Source of the DNA: Bdellovibrionia bacterium
GTDB lineage: Bacteria > Bdellovibrionota > UBA1018
Direction of reading: 5' to 3'
Length of the DNA stretch: 18,020 nt
Assembly (NCBI GenBank): GCA_049424145.1
Contig: JBMSSC010000048.1
Location: forward strand, 1-18,020
Part shown: one piece after another, positions 1-8,273 of the stretch
Layout: every line of letters starts with the position of its first letter
Numbering within the stretch: position 1 is the stretch's first letter
Made by a program: the position numbers and the translations under genes
The notes under the pieces: generated by a model
The model's input: the letters and a program-made list of their open reading frames with translations, nothing else
Databases searched by the model: none
Told to the model about the DNA's origin: nothing

Positions 1-333
1 TGAAATCGCCATCCAGGGAAGGGAGTCGTTGCCCCATGGTACGTCCATCTGCACGGGGTCAAACCTCTGGTCTTCCTGTTGATTTGAGGGATCAAGCGCC
101 TTAGTTTTTTGAAATAAAAACTGAAGCCTCGTTTGAGCCTGCTGAGGGTCTGAGGCTTGATCAATTAAATCATCACAGAATCGACACCAGCTGTAGAGCA
201 GAACGGCACCGAGCTGAATGCGCTTCCCAAAAAACCGGGAAGCAAAATAAAAACTCTTGGATCCTTTCTTCAGAATCTCTTGGGAAATCGCCTCTAATGC
301 CTTGAGGTCAAACGATTCTAACTGAGATTCCAC
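1..333 (-). CDS. crtB: Phytoene/squalene synthase family protein, N-terminal part (runs off the window edge; not in ORF track)
   Basis: Manual translation from GTG at 333: MESQLESFDLKALEAISQEILKKGSKSFYFASRFFGKRIQLGAVLLYSWCRFCDDLIDQASD... It contains the CrtB-type GSKSF..A and LYxWCRxCDDxxD (first Asp-rich) motifs. The start overlaps the end of fni by 16 nt. Confidence 0.9.
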   Translation of the reverse strand, partial: MESQLESFDLKALEAISQEILKKGSKSFYFASRFFGKRIQLGAVLLYSWCRFCDDLIDQASDPQQAQTRLQFLFQKTKALDPSNQQEDQRFDPVQMDVPWGNDSLPWMAIS

Positions 334-1358
334 TTTTTCTTTCTCAATGCCTCTAAGTTTTTACTCCCGGTGCAAAACAGGGCGACTTTGAGTTCAAACT
401 CCTGCTGAGCCATCCATTGATGAAGGGCTTGCTCCCCCTTTAAGGCTGCCATAAGAGCCGGCTTAGCGTAACCTATTCGATGGGACCCCAGAGCGATGAG
501 CTTGGCGGCATCCAAGCCACTGCGAACGCCACCTGAGGCCCAAATTTCTGTTTTCTCACGCAAAACCCCTTGAGCGGCAAGGACACTTTGCACGGTGGAT
601 TCCCCCCAGTGGGCAAACGTTTGAGCGGCCTGAGCCTGAAGGCTGTGCTCAGGGGCTCGAGCTCCCTCGATTCTTCCCCAATGAGTACCACCTAAACCAC
701 TGAGATCCACGGCACAGAGCTTCAGACGGGAGATGCGCTGGAGAGTTTTTTTTGAAAATCCACAACCCGTCTCCTTCAGAAGGATGGGAATCTTAAGACT
801 CTGAGTGAGTTTTTTTAATGCCGCAAAGCCTCCATGAAACTGGGGCGTCCCTTCTGGCTGAAGCACTTCTTGAAGGGCATTGAGGTGAATGGCTAGGGCA
901 TCGGCTCCTAAATCCGTCACCACACGCCGCACTTGGGAAACGGAGGCTTGAATCACTTGCGTGAGCCCGAGGTTTCCAATTAAGCCCAAGCGCGGAAACG
1001 AGCTTCGAAACGACTTCCATTCTTCTGAGGAGGACTCAAGATCACGCCGCTGAGAGCCGACTCCCATAACCCAACCGCGGGCCTCACAGACTTTCGCCAA
1101 AAGACGATTCATGGCCGGTGCATCGCCATGCCCAGCCGTCATGCCACACACGAAAAAAGGAGTTTGCAATTTTTTCCCTAAAAACTGGGACTGAATCGAG
1201 ACGTCCTGAAAATCCAACTCAGGCAGGGCTTCATGAACCAAATGAATTCGATCTAAACCGGAGGCTCCGAGGGCCTCGTTTTTCAGATCCAAGGAGTGTT
1301 GAATATGATCTGCTTTTCGTTTCTCAAACTGATCCAAATCCATGGGAGTTGCTCTCAA
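318..1358 (-). CDS. fni: Type 2 (FMN-dependent) isopentenyl-diphosphate delta-isomerase
   Basis: Motifs RKADHI, GMTAG, GVGSQR, GNLG, HLNALQEVLQPEG, KETGCG, GGTHW, SGGVRSGLDAAK. The TTG start overlaps the mvaD stop (TTGA, 1355-1358); alternative ATG at 1343. Confidence 0.95.
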   Translation of the reverse strand: MRATPMDLDQFEKRKADHIQHSLDLKNEALGASGLDRIHLVHEALPELDFQDVSIQSQFLGKKLQTPFFVCGMTAGHGDAPAMNRLLAKVCEARGWVMGVGSQRRDLESSSEEWKSFRSSFPRLGLIGNLGLTQVIQASVSQVRRVVTDLGADALAIHLNALQEVLQPEGTPQFHGGFAALKKLTQSLKIPILLKETGCGFSKKTLQRISRLKLCAVDLSGLGGTHWGRIEGARAPEHSLQAQAAQTFAHWGESTVQSVLAAQGVLREKTEIWASGGVRSGLDAAKLIALGSHRIGYAKPALMAALKGEQALHQWMAQQEFELKVALFCTGSKNLEALRKKKWNLS

Positions 1359-2458
1359 GTTTCAATCCAATCTGCTCCTAAACCCTGACGATCCTGAAGA
1401 ATCCGAAGCTCGGGGAACTGTCGTTCAATGCGATCCACCCACTGTGCGACCCTTGGGGTCTCCACTAAGAGATGAACATTGGGTCCCGCATCCAAGGTGA
1501 CAATGGGAGGGTGGGGGTCTTTTAAAAATGGGCTGAGCCACTTTAAAATGGCAAGGGTCATGGGCTCAAAATAGGTAAATGGCTCAGCACTGGTATGAAA
1601 CAAGCTATGCATCTCCCACATCTCAGACCAGGCTAACTGAGAGATCTGAGCGAGCTGGCCCTGCTGAAGCGCGTCGTTTAACTGCTGCACGCGATGCTGG
1701 GCACGTGAAATGCGATTGGACCAAAGAGGTGAAGAAAGGACTCGCTGATGAGCCTGCGACGAGGACACTTCTTTGGCGGAACTGGAAACTAAGAGGACCA
1801 GATCGGTCAGTTCAGGCAGAGATGCCGCAACGGAACTCACCTCGTTGTGATCCCAGAGGACCCACGGGCCTTCCAAGGACCGACAAGAACTGCCTGATCC
1901 CTGGCGGGAGAGATTGGCCAAAGCCCTCATGAAAGCACTTTTTTGTGAGCCGAGGGCTAAAAACTCCTTGGGCTCTTGCATGCAAGAGAGAACGGTGGCC
2001 AGGGTGAGCGCAGCAAAACTGGAAGCACTGGAGGCAATGCCTGAGGCGGTAGGAAATGTATTGGCCGATCGGAGGTGTAAGGGGCCAGGAGAAACGGCCT
2101 TCAATCCGAAGCGGGGCAAGAGAGTCTTTGCCTCCTGCTTGACCCGACTGAGATGATCCAGAACTTTCCTCGTGCCTGAGGCCGAAAGATCGGGCACTTG
2201 AAGAGTCAGGTGATCCAGTGGAGGAACTCCGCGCGGAAGCTCAGGAATGACGACGTCGGGGCCTTGGTTTTCAGAGGAGGCTGCCGACTGAGAAGAGTTC
2301 GAGGGGGACTGAACCTCTAGATCCACCCAAGTCGAGAGCTGACTGAGTGTCATTGACAAGCTTGGATTCGCAGGCAGATTAAGCGTGGAATCCGTCTTTC
2401 CCATGTACTTCACTAGGGCGATGTTCGAGGGGGCCGTCACTAGAAACCGTTTCCTCAA
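1355..2458 (-). CDS. mvaD: Diphosphomevalonate decarboxylase (GHMP family); start re-called at TTG 2458
   Basis: Motifs APSNIALVKYMGK, GIASSASSFAAL, SRQGSGSSCRS, DAGPNVH. TTG at 2458 has AAGGAG 6 nt upstream and gives a normal N-terminus (LRKRFLVTAPSN). The extra 80 codons in the ORF track (to 2698) show no recognisable homology. Confidence 0.93.
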   Translation of the reverse strand: MRKRFLVTAPSNIALVKYMGKTDSTLNLPANPSLSMTLSQLSTWVDLEVQSPSNSSQSAASSENQGPDVVIPELPRGVPPLDHLTLQVPDLSASGTRKVLDHLSRVKQEAKTLLPRFGLKAVSPGPLHLRSANTFPTASGIASSASSFAALTLATVLSCMQEPKEFLALGSQKSAFMRALANLSRQGSGSSCRSLEGPWVLWDHNEVSSVAASLPELTDLVLLVSSSAKEVSSSQAHQRVLSSPLWSNRISRAQHRVQQLNDALQQGQLAQISQLAWSEMWEMHSLFHTSAEPFTYFEPMTLAILKWLSPFLKDPHPPIVTLDAGPNVHLLVETPRVAQWVDRIERQFPELRILQDRQGLGADWIET

Positions 2459-2464
2459 GTCAAA

Positions 2465-2470
2465 CTCCTT
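2465..2470 (-). promoter_or_regulatory. Shine-Dalgarno sequence of mvaD
   Basis: Minus strand reads AAGGAG-tttgac-TTG. Confidence 0.8.
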
Positions 2471-2830
2471 TAGTTGCGGTACTCTTGTTTGGATACGCTT
2501 CTCTTCCTCACGAAAGAGGATTCCCCTATTCAGGCGATTCGTATCCGAATCGCTCCTAGACAGACTTCTAGGAGTTACAAGACAAGGGCTCTTAACCTCT
2601 ATCTCTTGCCAGCACTCAAATTGAGTAGGCCAGATTTTTGATCTCTCTTTTTCAGATTTTACACAAGCCAAGATGCTTTTCCATCTTGGAACCGTCAATC
2701 TGAATTTTCAGGGACAGACTGGTTCATTAGCACAACTCTGCGAGAAGGGGAACCCCGAACTCAAGTACGAGGTTTTAGGGCAAGTAAGATCCGAGTGATC
2801 ACACGCTTTGACCCTGTACCCCAAAACGCA
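2471..2830 (-). ncRNA. Candidate structured RNA / cis-regulatory leader upstream of mvaD-fni-crtB (no known family recognised)
   Basis: Consecutive inverted repeats: 2505-2509/2516-2520, 2534-2541/2546-2553 (8 bp), 2553-2560/2567-2574 (8 bp), 2577-2582/2604-2609, 2614-2618/2622-2626, and 2668-2675/2682-2689 (8 bp) nested in 2651-2658/2697-2704 (8 bp). Several stems extend only through G-U pairs on the minus strand. Confidence 0.45.
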
Positions 2831-2842
2831 AGACTGGGCCCG

Positions 2843-4786
2843 TTAAAGGACACTGGACATCATAAGTTGAGCAATCCGCTGAGAATACAAATGAGGATTC
2901 TCAATGGAAGACCCTTCATTGAGCAAAGCCTGTTGATAGAGGATCAACGACCACTCCTGAACTTTCTCAGAGGGCAAACTCAGCATCTTGTCATACAAAG
3001 GATGCTCAGGATTAATTTCAAGAATCCGTTTGGATTTGGGTAGACTCTGACCCATGGAGGCCATGAGCCGCTCCATGTGAGCGGAGGCGCCCTGATCCGA
3101 GGAAACCAAACAAACCGGGGAGTCCGTCAGACGATCGGAGACCTTAATCTCTTTGACCCATTGATCCAAGGAGGACTGCATGGATTCTAAAAGAGGCTTA
3201 AAACGCTCGGTGGCTTGTTCTCGCTTCTTTTGCTCCTCTTTTTTCTCTTCTTCAGTGGAGATATCTAGGTTTTCTTGGGTTGCGGATTGAAAGGACTTCC
3301 CATCAAACTGGCCCAGTCCCCCTGAAACCCAGGCATCCACGGAGTCACTCATGAGGAGAACTTCATACCCTTTGGCTTTCAGTTTTTCCAAATACGGGCT
3401 GTTTTTAATCTGCTCTAAAGAGTCCCCCGTGATGGTGTAGATGTCTTTTTGACCCGGCTTCATGCGTCCAACATACTCAGCAAGCGTGGTCCAGCCATCG
3501 GAGTGCGTGGAGTGAAAGAGGAGTAAATCCTTGAGCTTCTCAGAGGAGGAAGGCTCAAGCGGGATTCCCTCTTTTAAGGTGCACCCAAAGTTGGCCCAAA
3601 ACTTCTCATAGGAGGCACGATCCTGAGCGAGAAGATCTTTTAAGCTACTGAGGATTTTTGAGGTGAGAGCTTTTTTAATTCTGAGAATCTGACGATCCTG
3701 CTGGAGGATTTCTCGCGAGACATTCAAAGAGAGATCATCGCTATCCACCATTCCTTTGACAAATCTCAGGTAAGGAGGCAAGAGCTCCTCGCAATCAGCC
3801 TGAATAAAGACCCGCTTGACGTAGAGATTCAAACCGATTTTTCGATCCCGAAAATCATAGTTCAATGGCTTTTGTGAAGGCAGGTAGAGAATCGAACTAA
3901 ACTCCAAGGTTCCTTCCGCTTTATAGTGAATCGTCTTAAGGGGATTGGCCCAATCATGACTTAAATGCTTGTAGAAGTCCTGATACTCTTGCTCGGTGAT
4001 CTCGGAGGCTGCTCTGAGCCACAGGGCCTTTTGACTATTGAGGGTTTGATCCTCAATGACGGTTTCCTTTTGATCGCCTTGGCCTTTTTCTCGACTCACC
4101 TGCATGCGAATGGGATGAGCGACAAAGTCAGAGTACTTTCTCACGATCTCTTTGAGGGTCCATGAATCGGTGAAATCAGGATCCGACTCCTGAGACTCGG
4201 ACAACGCAGCATCGGCTGCCGCGTCAGCTCCCATGGGCTTCAGATGAAGCGTGATGGTGGTTCCATGCCCCTCAGCCCTAGGCTTCTCCTCAATCGTATA
4301 GGTCCCTTTTCCATCGGACTCCCAAAGAACACCCTGGGTGGCCCCTGCCTTTTGGGTGTGCAAGGTGACCCGATCGGCCACGATGAACGCGGAGTAAAAG
4401 CCCACGCCGAACTGACCAATGAGCTCCGGATGCTCTTTGAGCTCTTTTTTCATCTCAGGCAAACCGCGCTTGAGAAAAGCCTTGGTTCCTGAATGGGCGA
4501 TTGTCCCAATGTTTTCAATCACTTCGTCGCGAGTCATCCCAATGCCGTTGTCTGAGATCGCAAGCGTCCTCTGAGCGGAATCGGGACTCAGGCGAATCTC
4601 AAAACCTGAGGCAGGCAAGGGCAACTCGGAGTTCACGAGGCTTTCAAACTTGAGCTTCTCAATGGCATCTGAAGCATTGGAGATGAGCTCTCTTAAAAAG
4701 ATCTCTCGATTCGAATAAAGCGAGTGGATCATGAGCTCTAGGATTTCTTTTGATTCAGCTTGAAACGACTGGGTAACTTTCGACAT
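2843..4786 (-). CDS. htpG: Molecular chaperone HtpG (Hsp90)
   Basis: HSLYSNREIFLRELISNASDA, DNGIGMT, IAHSGT, IGQFGVGFYSAF, LNVSREILQ, ILEINPEHPL; full length 647 aa. Confidence 0.98.
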   Translation of the reverse strand: MSKVTQSFQAESKEILELMIHSLYSNREIFLRELISNASDAIEKLKFESLVNSELPLPASGFEIRLSPDSAQRTLAISDNGIGMTRDEVIENIGTIAHSGTKAFLKRGLPEMKKELKEHPELIGQFGVGFYSAFIVADRVTLHTQKAGATQGVLWESDGKGTYTIEEKPRAEGHGTTITLHLKPMGADAAADAALSESQESDPDFTDSWTLKEIVRKYSDFVAHPIRMQVSREKGQGDQKETVIEDQTLNSQKALWLRAASEITEQEYQDFYKHLSHDWANPLKTIHYKAEGTLEFSSILYLPSQKPLNYDFRDRKIGLNLYVKRVFIQADCEELLPPYLRFVKGMVDSDDLSLNVSREILQQDRQILRIKKALTSKILSSLKDLLAQDRASYEKFWANFGCTLKEGIPLEPSSSEKLKDLLLFHSTHSDGWTTLAEYVGRMKPGQKDIYTITGDSLEQIKNSPYLEKLKAKGYEVLLMSDSVDAWVSGGLGQFDGKSFQSATQENLDISTEEEKKEEQKKREQATERFKPLLESMQSSLDQWVKEIKVSDRLTDSPVCLVSSDQGASAHMERLMASMGQSLPKSKRILEINPEHPLYDKMLSLPSEKVQEWSLILYQQALLNEGSSIENPHLYSQRIAQLMMSSVL

Positions 4787-4794
4787 AGCCTAAT

Positions 4795-4822
4795 CAATAA
4801 GCACGATCCCCACTTTGTCAAG
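4795..4822 (-). promoter_or_regulatory. Putative RpoH (sigma32)-type heat-shock promoter of htpG
   Basis: Minus strand CTTG(ACA)-N17-CTTATTG resembles the CTTG-N17/18-CYTATNT RpoH consensus and ends 8 nt before the htpG ATG. It also contains a perfect TTGACA at 4816-4821. Confidence 0.5.
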
Positions 4823-4854
4823 CCGAAGGCCGGGAAACTTCTTGGCAAGAGGGC

Positions 4855-6573
4855 TCAAAAAAGCAAGCGAGAGGAGGAATGCACCGAGGAAACCCTAGAG
4901 CCGCCCCCCCTCCACGGAAGTGAGTTCGGCGGACAACACTCGCTCTCGGTCTCACTTTTGCCCATCCCCAGTTGCCCCAAACAGGCCAGCTCCAAGAGAA
5001 CACGAGAGAAACACGACACCACCCGGCGGAGCAGTAAAAACTCAGAAATCCCAATGGAGCGATTCACCAAAAACTCCGGACAGCACATGCGCCGCTCCAC
5101 CTCGGAGAGCACCTGGCCTGCGCCCAAACACGTGGGTTCACAATTTCGACCGGCACGAAGCTCGTTCCAGGCCAAAAGAAAGTGGTTCTTAAGGCGAGCC
5201 AGATCGGACCCAAAAACATCCTGCACCGTTCTGCGTTGATTTTCAGGGGCCAGTGAAATCATCTCATGCAGCTCCCAAAGTTCATGCACCACTTTCTCAA
5301 ATCGATCCATGACTCCGAGTCTCGACCAGCAGGAAAGGGAGTGCTGATTTTTTTGGCTCACCGCTAGGTTGGCCAAAAGCTCCTCAAGCACCCGAAAACG
5401 TCCGGAGAACTCGATTCGGAGCAACTGAATTTGTCCTGGCTGATGAACACTCTCAATGGCTTGAAATAGATCATGGGTCAGGACCTTCGCTTCACTCAAT
5501 AAAGTTCCTTGCCGCCGATTCGTTTCCTCAAAGGCACGAGCCGGAAGGTTCATGAGCATTTTTCGAACCACAGCGGGCATCCACACCTGAGCTGCGTTGT
5601 CTTTTTCCGGGAGTAAAACATGAAGGACTTTAACTAAAAAGGGCATCAGAATGGACCAAATCAACAAGTTGAGCGCATTGTAAACGCTATGAACGGCCGC
5701 CAACTGATGGCCGGGATGGAGTGTGAGGTGAAAAAATGACAGGAGCGGTGAAGTGATCAGTGCCACCACCGAGAGAAACGTCTTAAATAAAAGCAACGAC
5801 ATGAGCGCCCCCACGGATTTGATGAGAAAATGCCCGAGCGCTAGCCGCTTGACTTCAGAGCGATACCCGAGAGAAAAAATCAGGCCTGTGATCGACGTGC
5901 CCACGTTGGCTCCTAAAATCATGGCTGTTGCCGCGTAAACACTCAGTGAACCGCCATTGGCTAAACCAATGATCAAAAAGACCACGGTACTGCTAGACTG
6001 AACTAAGAGCGTGAGAAAGAAACCTATACCCAGAAAAAAAAGAAGGTGAAAAAACGACCCTCCATTTAAGAAAGACCTAGGCCCCCAGTTGGTCTGCACG
6101 GAGGTGAGCTGATCTAAGGCCTCTCCCATGAAATTCCAACTGACAAAAATTAAGCCCACCGCCAAGATTAACTCCAAGCTCTTTCGAGCCACGCGTCTTC
6201 GGTAAAAAGTCATCAAAACACTCGAGAGCACGATGAGCCCGGGACCAATGAACTTCGGATTACTGGCAAAAAACCAGGCTTTCAGCGTACTGCCAAAGGC
6301 TGCCCCTAAGCTCAGTAAAAGCCCATGCTCCAACGTGATCCAGCCGCGACCTAAAAACCCCATCGCACTGACAATGGTCAGACTACTTGCCTGAAGCAAG
6401 ACCGTTAGCCCCACTCCCGCCCCAATGGGTTTTAAAAACCCCTGCCCCACCCATCGGACAGTGGGCTCAATGTGCGCGGAAACCGCCTCATCGATCGCCT
6501 GAGTCAATAACCTTAAAGAGAAGAAAAACAGCCCCACTCCTGCCAGCGCATTGAACGCTTGAATTCCCGTCAT
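4855..6573 (-). CDS. Na+/phosphate cotransporter family protein (NptA/YjbB, SLC34-like)
   Basis: Multiple TM segments, two repeat motifs LQASS and VQSSS, ILGANVGTSIT, AAVHSVYNALN, and a soluble helical (PhoU-like) C-terminal region. The start overlaps the upstream stop (ATGA, 6570-6573). Confidence 0.9.
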   Translation of the reverse strand: MTGIQAFNALAGVGLFFFSLRLLTQAIDEAVSAHIEPTVRWVGQGFLKPIGAGVGLTVLLQASSLTIVSAMGFLGRGWITLEHGLLLSLGAAFGSTLKAWFFASNPKFIGPGLIVLSSVLMTFYRRRVARKSLELILAVGLIFVSWNFMGEALDQLTSVQTNWGPRSFLNGGSFFHLLFFLGIGFFLTLLVQSSSTVVFLIIGLANGGSLSVYAATAMILGANVGTSITGLIFSLGYRSEVKRLALGHFLIKSVGALMSLLLFKTFLSVVALITSPLLSFFHLTLHPGHQLAAVHSVYNALNLLIWSILMPFLVKVLHVLLPEKDNAAQVWMPAVVRKMLMNLPARAFEETNRRQGTLLSEAKVLTHDLFQAIESVHQPGQIQLLRIEFSGRFRVLEELLANLAVSQKNQHSLSCWSRLGVMDRFEKVVHELWELHEMISLAPENQRRTVQDVFGSDLARLKNHFLLAWNELRAGRNCEPTCLGAGQVLSEVERRMCCPEFLVNRSIGISEFLLLRRVVSCFSRVLLELACLGQLGMGKSETESECCPPNSLPWRGGGSRVSSVHSSSRLLF

Positions 6574-8207
6574 TCAGCCTCATCCTCATACCAATGCTCC
6601 CCGCGGGGAAACACCGCATCCAATCGAACAATTCCAGACTTATTGAGCACCAAACGCAAATGCTCAATCTGAGTCGTTTTCTTCCTAGGTTGATCCAATC
6701 CTTGGTCCCAGGCGCTCATCCTTAAAAAGAGGTTAAAGTAGTAAACCTTTGGGGCTCGAATCTGAATCGCACCTTCCTCAAAATCATAGATAGCGAGACT
6801 TTTCTCAGGGTTATCCAAGTACTGAAGAAACCCTCCCATATTAAAACGAAAAATATCCTTCAAAGAGAGCAACTCCGTTTCCATCTGAGAGGAGACGGTA
6901 GGATTTAAGGCAACTCGTTTTGAGTAGTGAATGATGTTCTCCTGATTTTCCCCAAACAAGTCCTCAGCTTGAGTTAAGTCCCGCACAAATCGAATGTCCT
7001 CAGGCAAGCTCTCACTGGAGAGGTATCGAACGGTTTCCTGATATTTTCCCACGCGAAGGTCCTGCTTTTTCCCTAAGCGATCAAAAAACGGATAGGTCAA
7101 TAAAACCTCATAATCGGGCAGAAATCCTTTCAGCTTCTCGTTAAAGTACTCTTTACTGATTTCTTTGATTCGATCCTTAAAGACGTAAATTAAAACCCCC
7201 ACGGAGGCCAGCACCATAAAGCGAACCCCAAAATCTCGTGCGCCCCGAGCCAACTGCGAATCCATTTTGGCAACCTCAGCCCACACGCCGGCTAAGGCGG
7301 CTCCAAAGCCCGCCATCATATTGCGATAAAGCCGATCCCGCTTGACCTCTTGAGTTTTGAGATAAAGGCTCTCTGAGACGAATTTCTTTAACATCCCATG
7401 GCGATGATAAAACTGCTCGAGGTTTCGATCCGTCGCAGCCCTCCCTGGGGTGACGTACCCCCGCTCGGCTCGATGCTGGTACTCGTTGGACAAAAAACGC
7501 CGAGCAAAACTCGAACGCGGGGAGGAAACCTGAGACAAAGAGATTTTGGAAAAACTCACCTCCAAGCGATTGGAGAGGTACTCATCTACCCAAAGCAAAG
7601 CGGAGGCCAAATCCGAGTCAAGCGCAATGCTCTGAAGCGAGGGCTTGAGGTAGCGCATCCGAAAATGTTCAACCAACTCGATGATCTCCGAGCCTTGAAT
7701 GACCCACTGATCATCGCTCAACGCGGGCTTATGATTGAACCAAGTTTTTAATCTCAGGTTCACATAATTGGCAAAAATCTTCACCTCCTGAATGGCACGA
7801 TGAGTCTGTTCGGGAAAAAACGGCTGACTCTGATCCAGCACCAGGAGGTTCTCCAAGGTGGGTAAAATGGCCGCATGAATGAGGTCTTTTTTAGGCGTAT
7901 GAATACGAACCAGGTTGGTCAGGTCTTGATAGAAGGACTCTCGTGGATAGACTTGAGAATTAAGGCCCAGGTTTTTTGGAGTAAAGAAATAAAAATCCAC
8001 CCAGTACGACATCTCAGATTTTTGTTCCCTTCGGCCTGATCCCTGTTCAGAGCGAACCTGAGGAACCTGATAATCGATGACGATTTCAAACTGACTTTGA
8101 TCATGAACACTGGCTTGCCACTGAACAGGATTTTGGTTCTCCACACGGTGAGAGGATCGATCCAGCATGATCCCCTCAATTTGCCCTGAGTTTGAAAACA
8201 AGTCCAC
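6570..8207 (-). CDS. Hypothetical membrane protein: large soluble N-domain, two TM helices, soluble C-domain
   Basis: 545-aa ORF inside an operon with coupled stop/start. Hydrophobic pair MMAGFGAALAGVWA and FMVLASVGVLIYVF followed by KDRIKE. Start uncertain (GTG 8207, ATG 8168 or GTG 8144). Confidence 0.85.
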   Translation of the reverse strand: MDLFSNSGQIEGIMLDRSSHRVENQNPVQWQASVHDQSQFEIVIDYQVPQVRSEQGSGRREQKSEMSYWVDFYFFTPKNLGLNSQVYPRESFYQDLTNLVRIHTPKKDLIHAAILPTLENLLVLDQSQPFFPEQTHRAIQEVKIFANYVNLRLKTWFNHKPALSDDQWVIQGSEIIELVEHFRMRYLKPSLQSIALDSDLASALLWVDEYLSNRLEVSFSKISLSQVSSPRSSFARRFLSNEYQHRAERGYVTPGRAATDRNLEQFYHRHGMLKKFVSESLYLKTQEVKRDRLYRNMMAGFGAALAGVWAEVAKMDSQLARGARDFGVRFMVLASVGVLIYVFKDRIKEISKEYFNEKLKGFLPDYEVLLTYPFFDRLGKKQDLRVGKYQETVRYLSSESLPEDIRFVRDLTQAEDLFGENQENIIHYSKRVALNPTVSSQMETELLSLKDIFRFNMGGFLQYLDNPEKSLAIYDFEEGAIQIRAPKVYYFNLFLRMSAWDQGLDQPRKKTTQIEHLRLVLNKSGIVRLDAVFPRGEHWYEDEAE

Positions 8208-8273
8208 CCGAGGATGGAATCGAAAGGAAAGTTAAATTGGAATTTTCTGAAAACTGAATGCCCCGTCAAAGAC

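Noticed and set aside
2459..2698. 80-aa N-terminal extension of MvaD in the ORF track
   Set aside because: No recognisable homology, no SD before TTG 2698, and a strong SD before TTG 2458. The region is better explained as a structured leader, although the frame is open.
2470..2830. Known riboswitch or housekeeping RNA (lysine, cobalamin, TPP, SAM, ydaO, tmRNA, RNase P, SRP) or CRISPR array
   Set aside because: Only scattered short motif matches (e.g. AGAGGT...CTGTC...GGAGCG) with wrong spacing or order. The hairpins differ in sequence, so they are not repeats with spacers. An Rfam scan is still needed.
4760..5239. 159-aa plus-strand ORF and other short antisense/alternate-frame ORFs in the track (e.g. 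1579-1932, 7398-7751, 12634-13035, 14223-14546)
   Set aside because: They overlap well-supported genes, have no motifs and show shadow-ORF composition.
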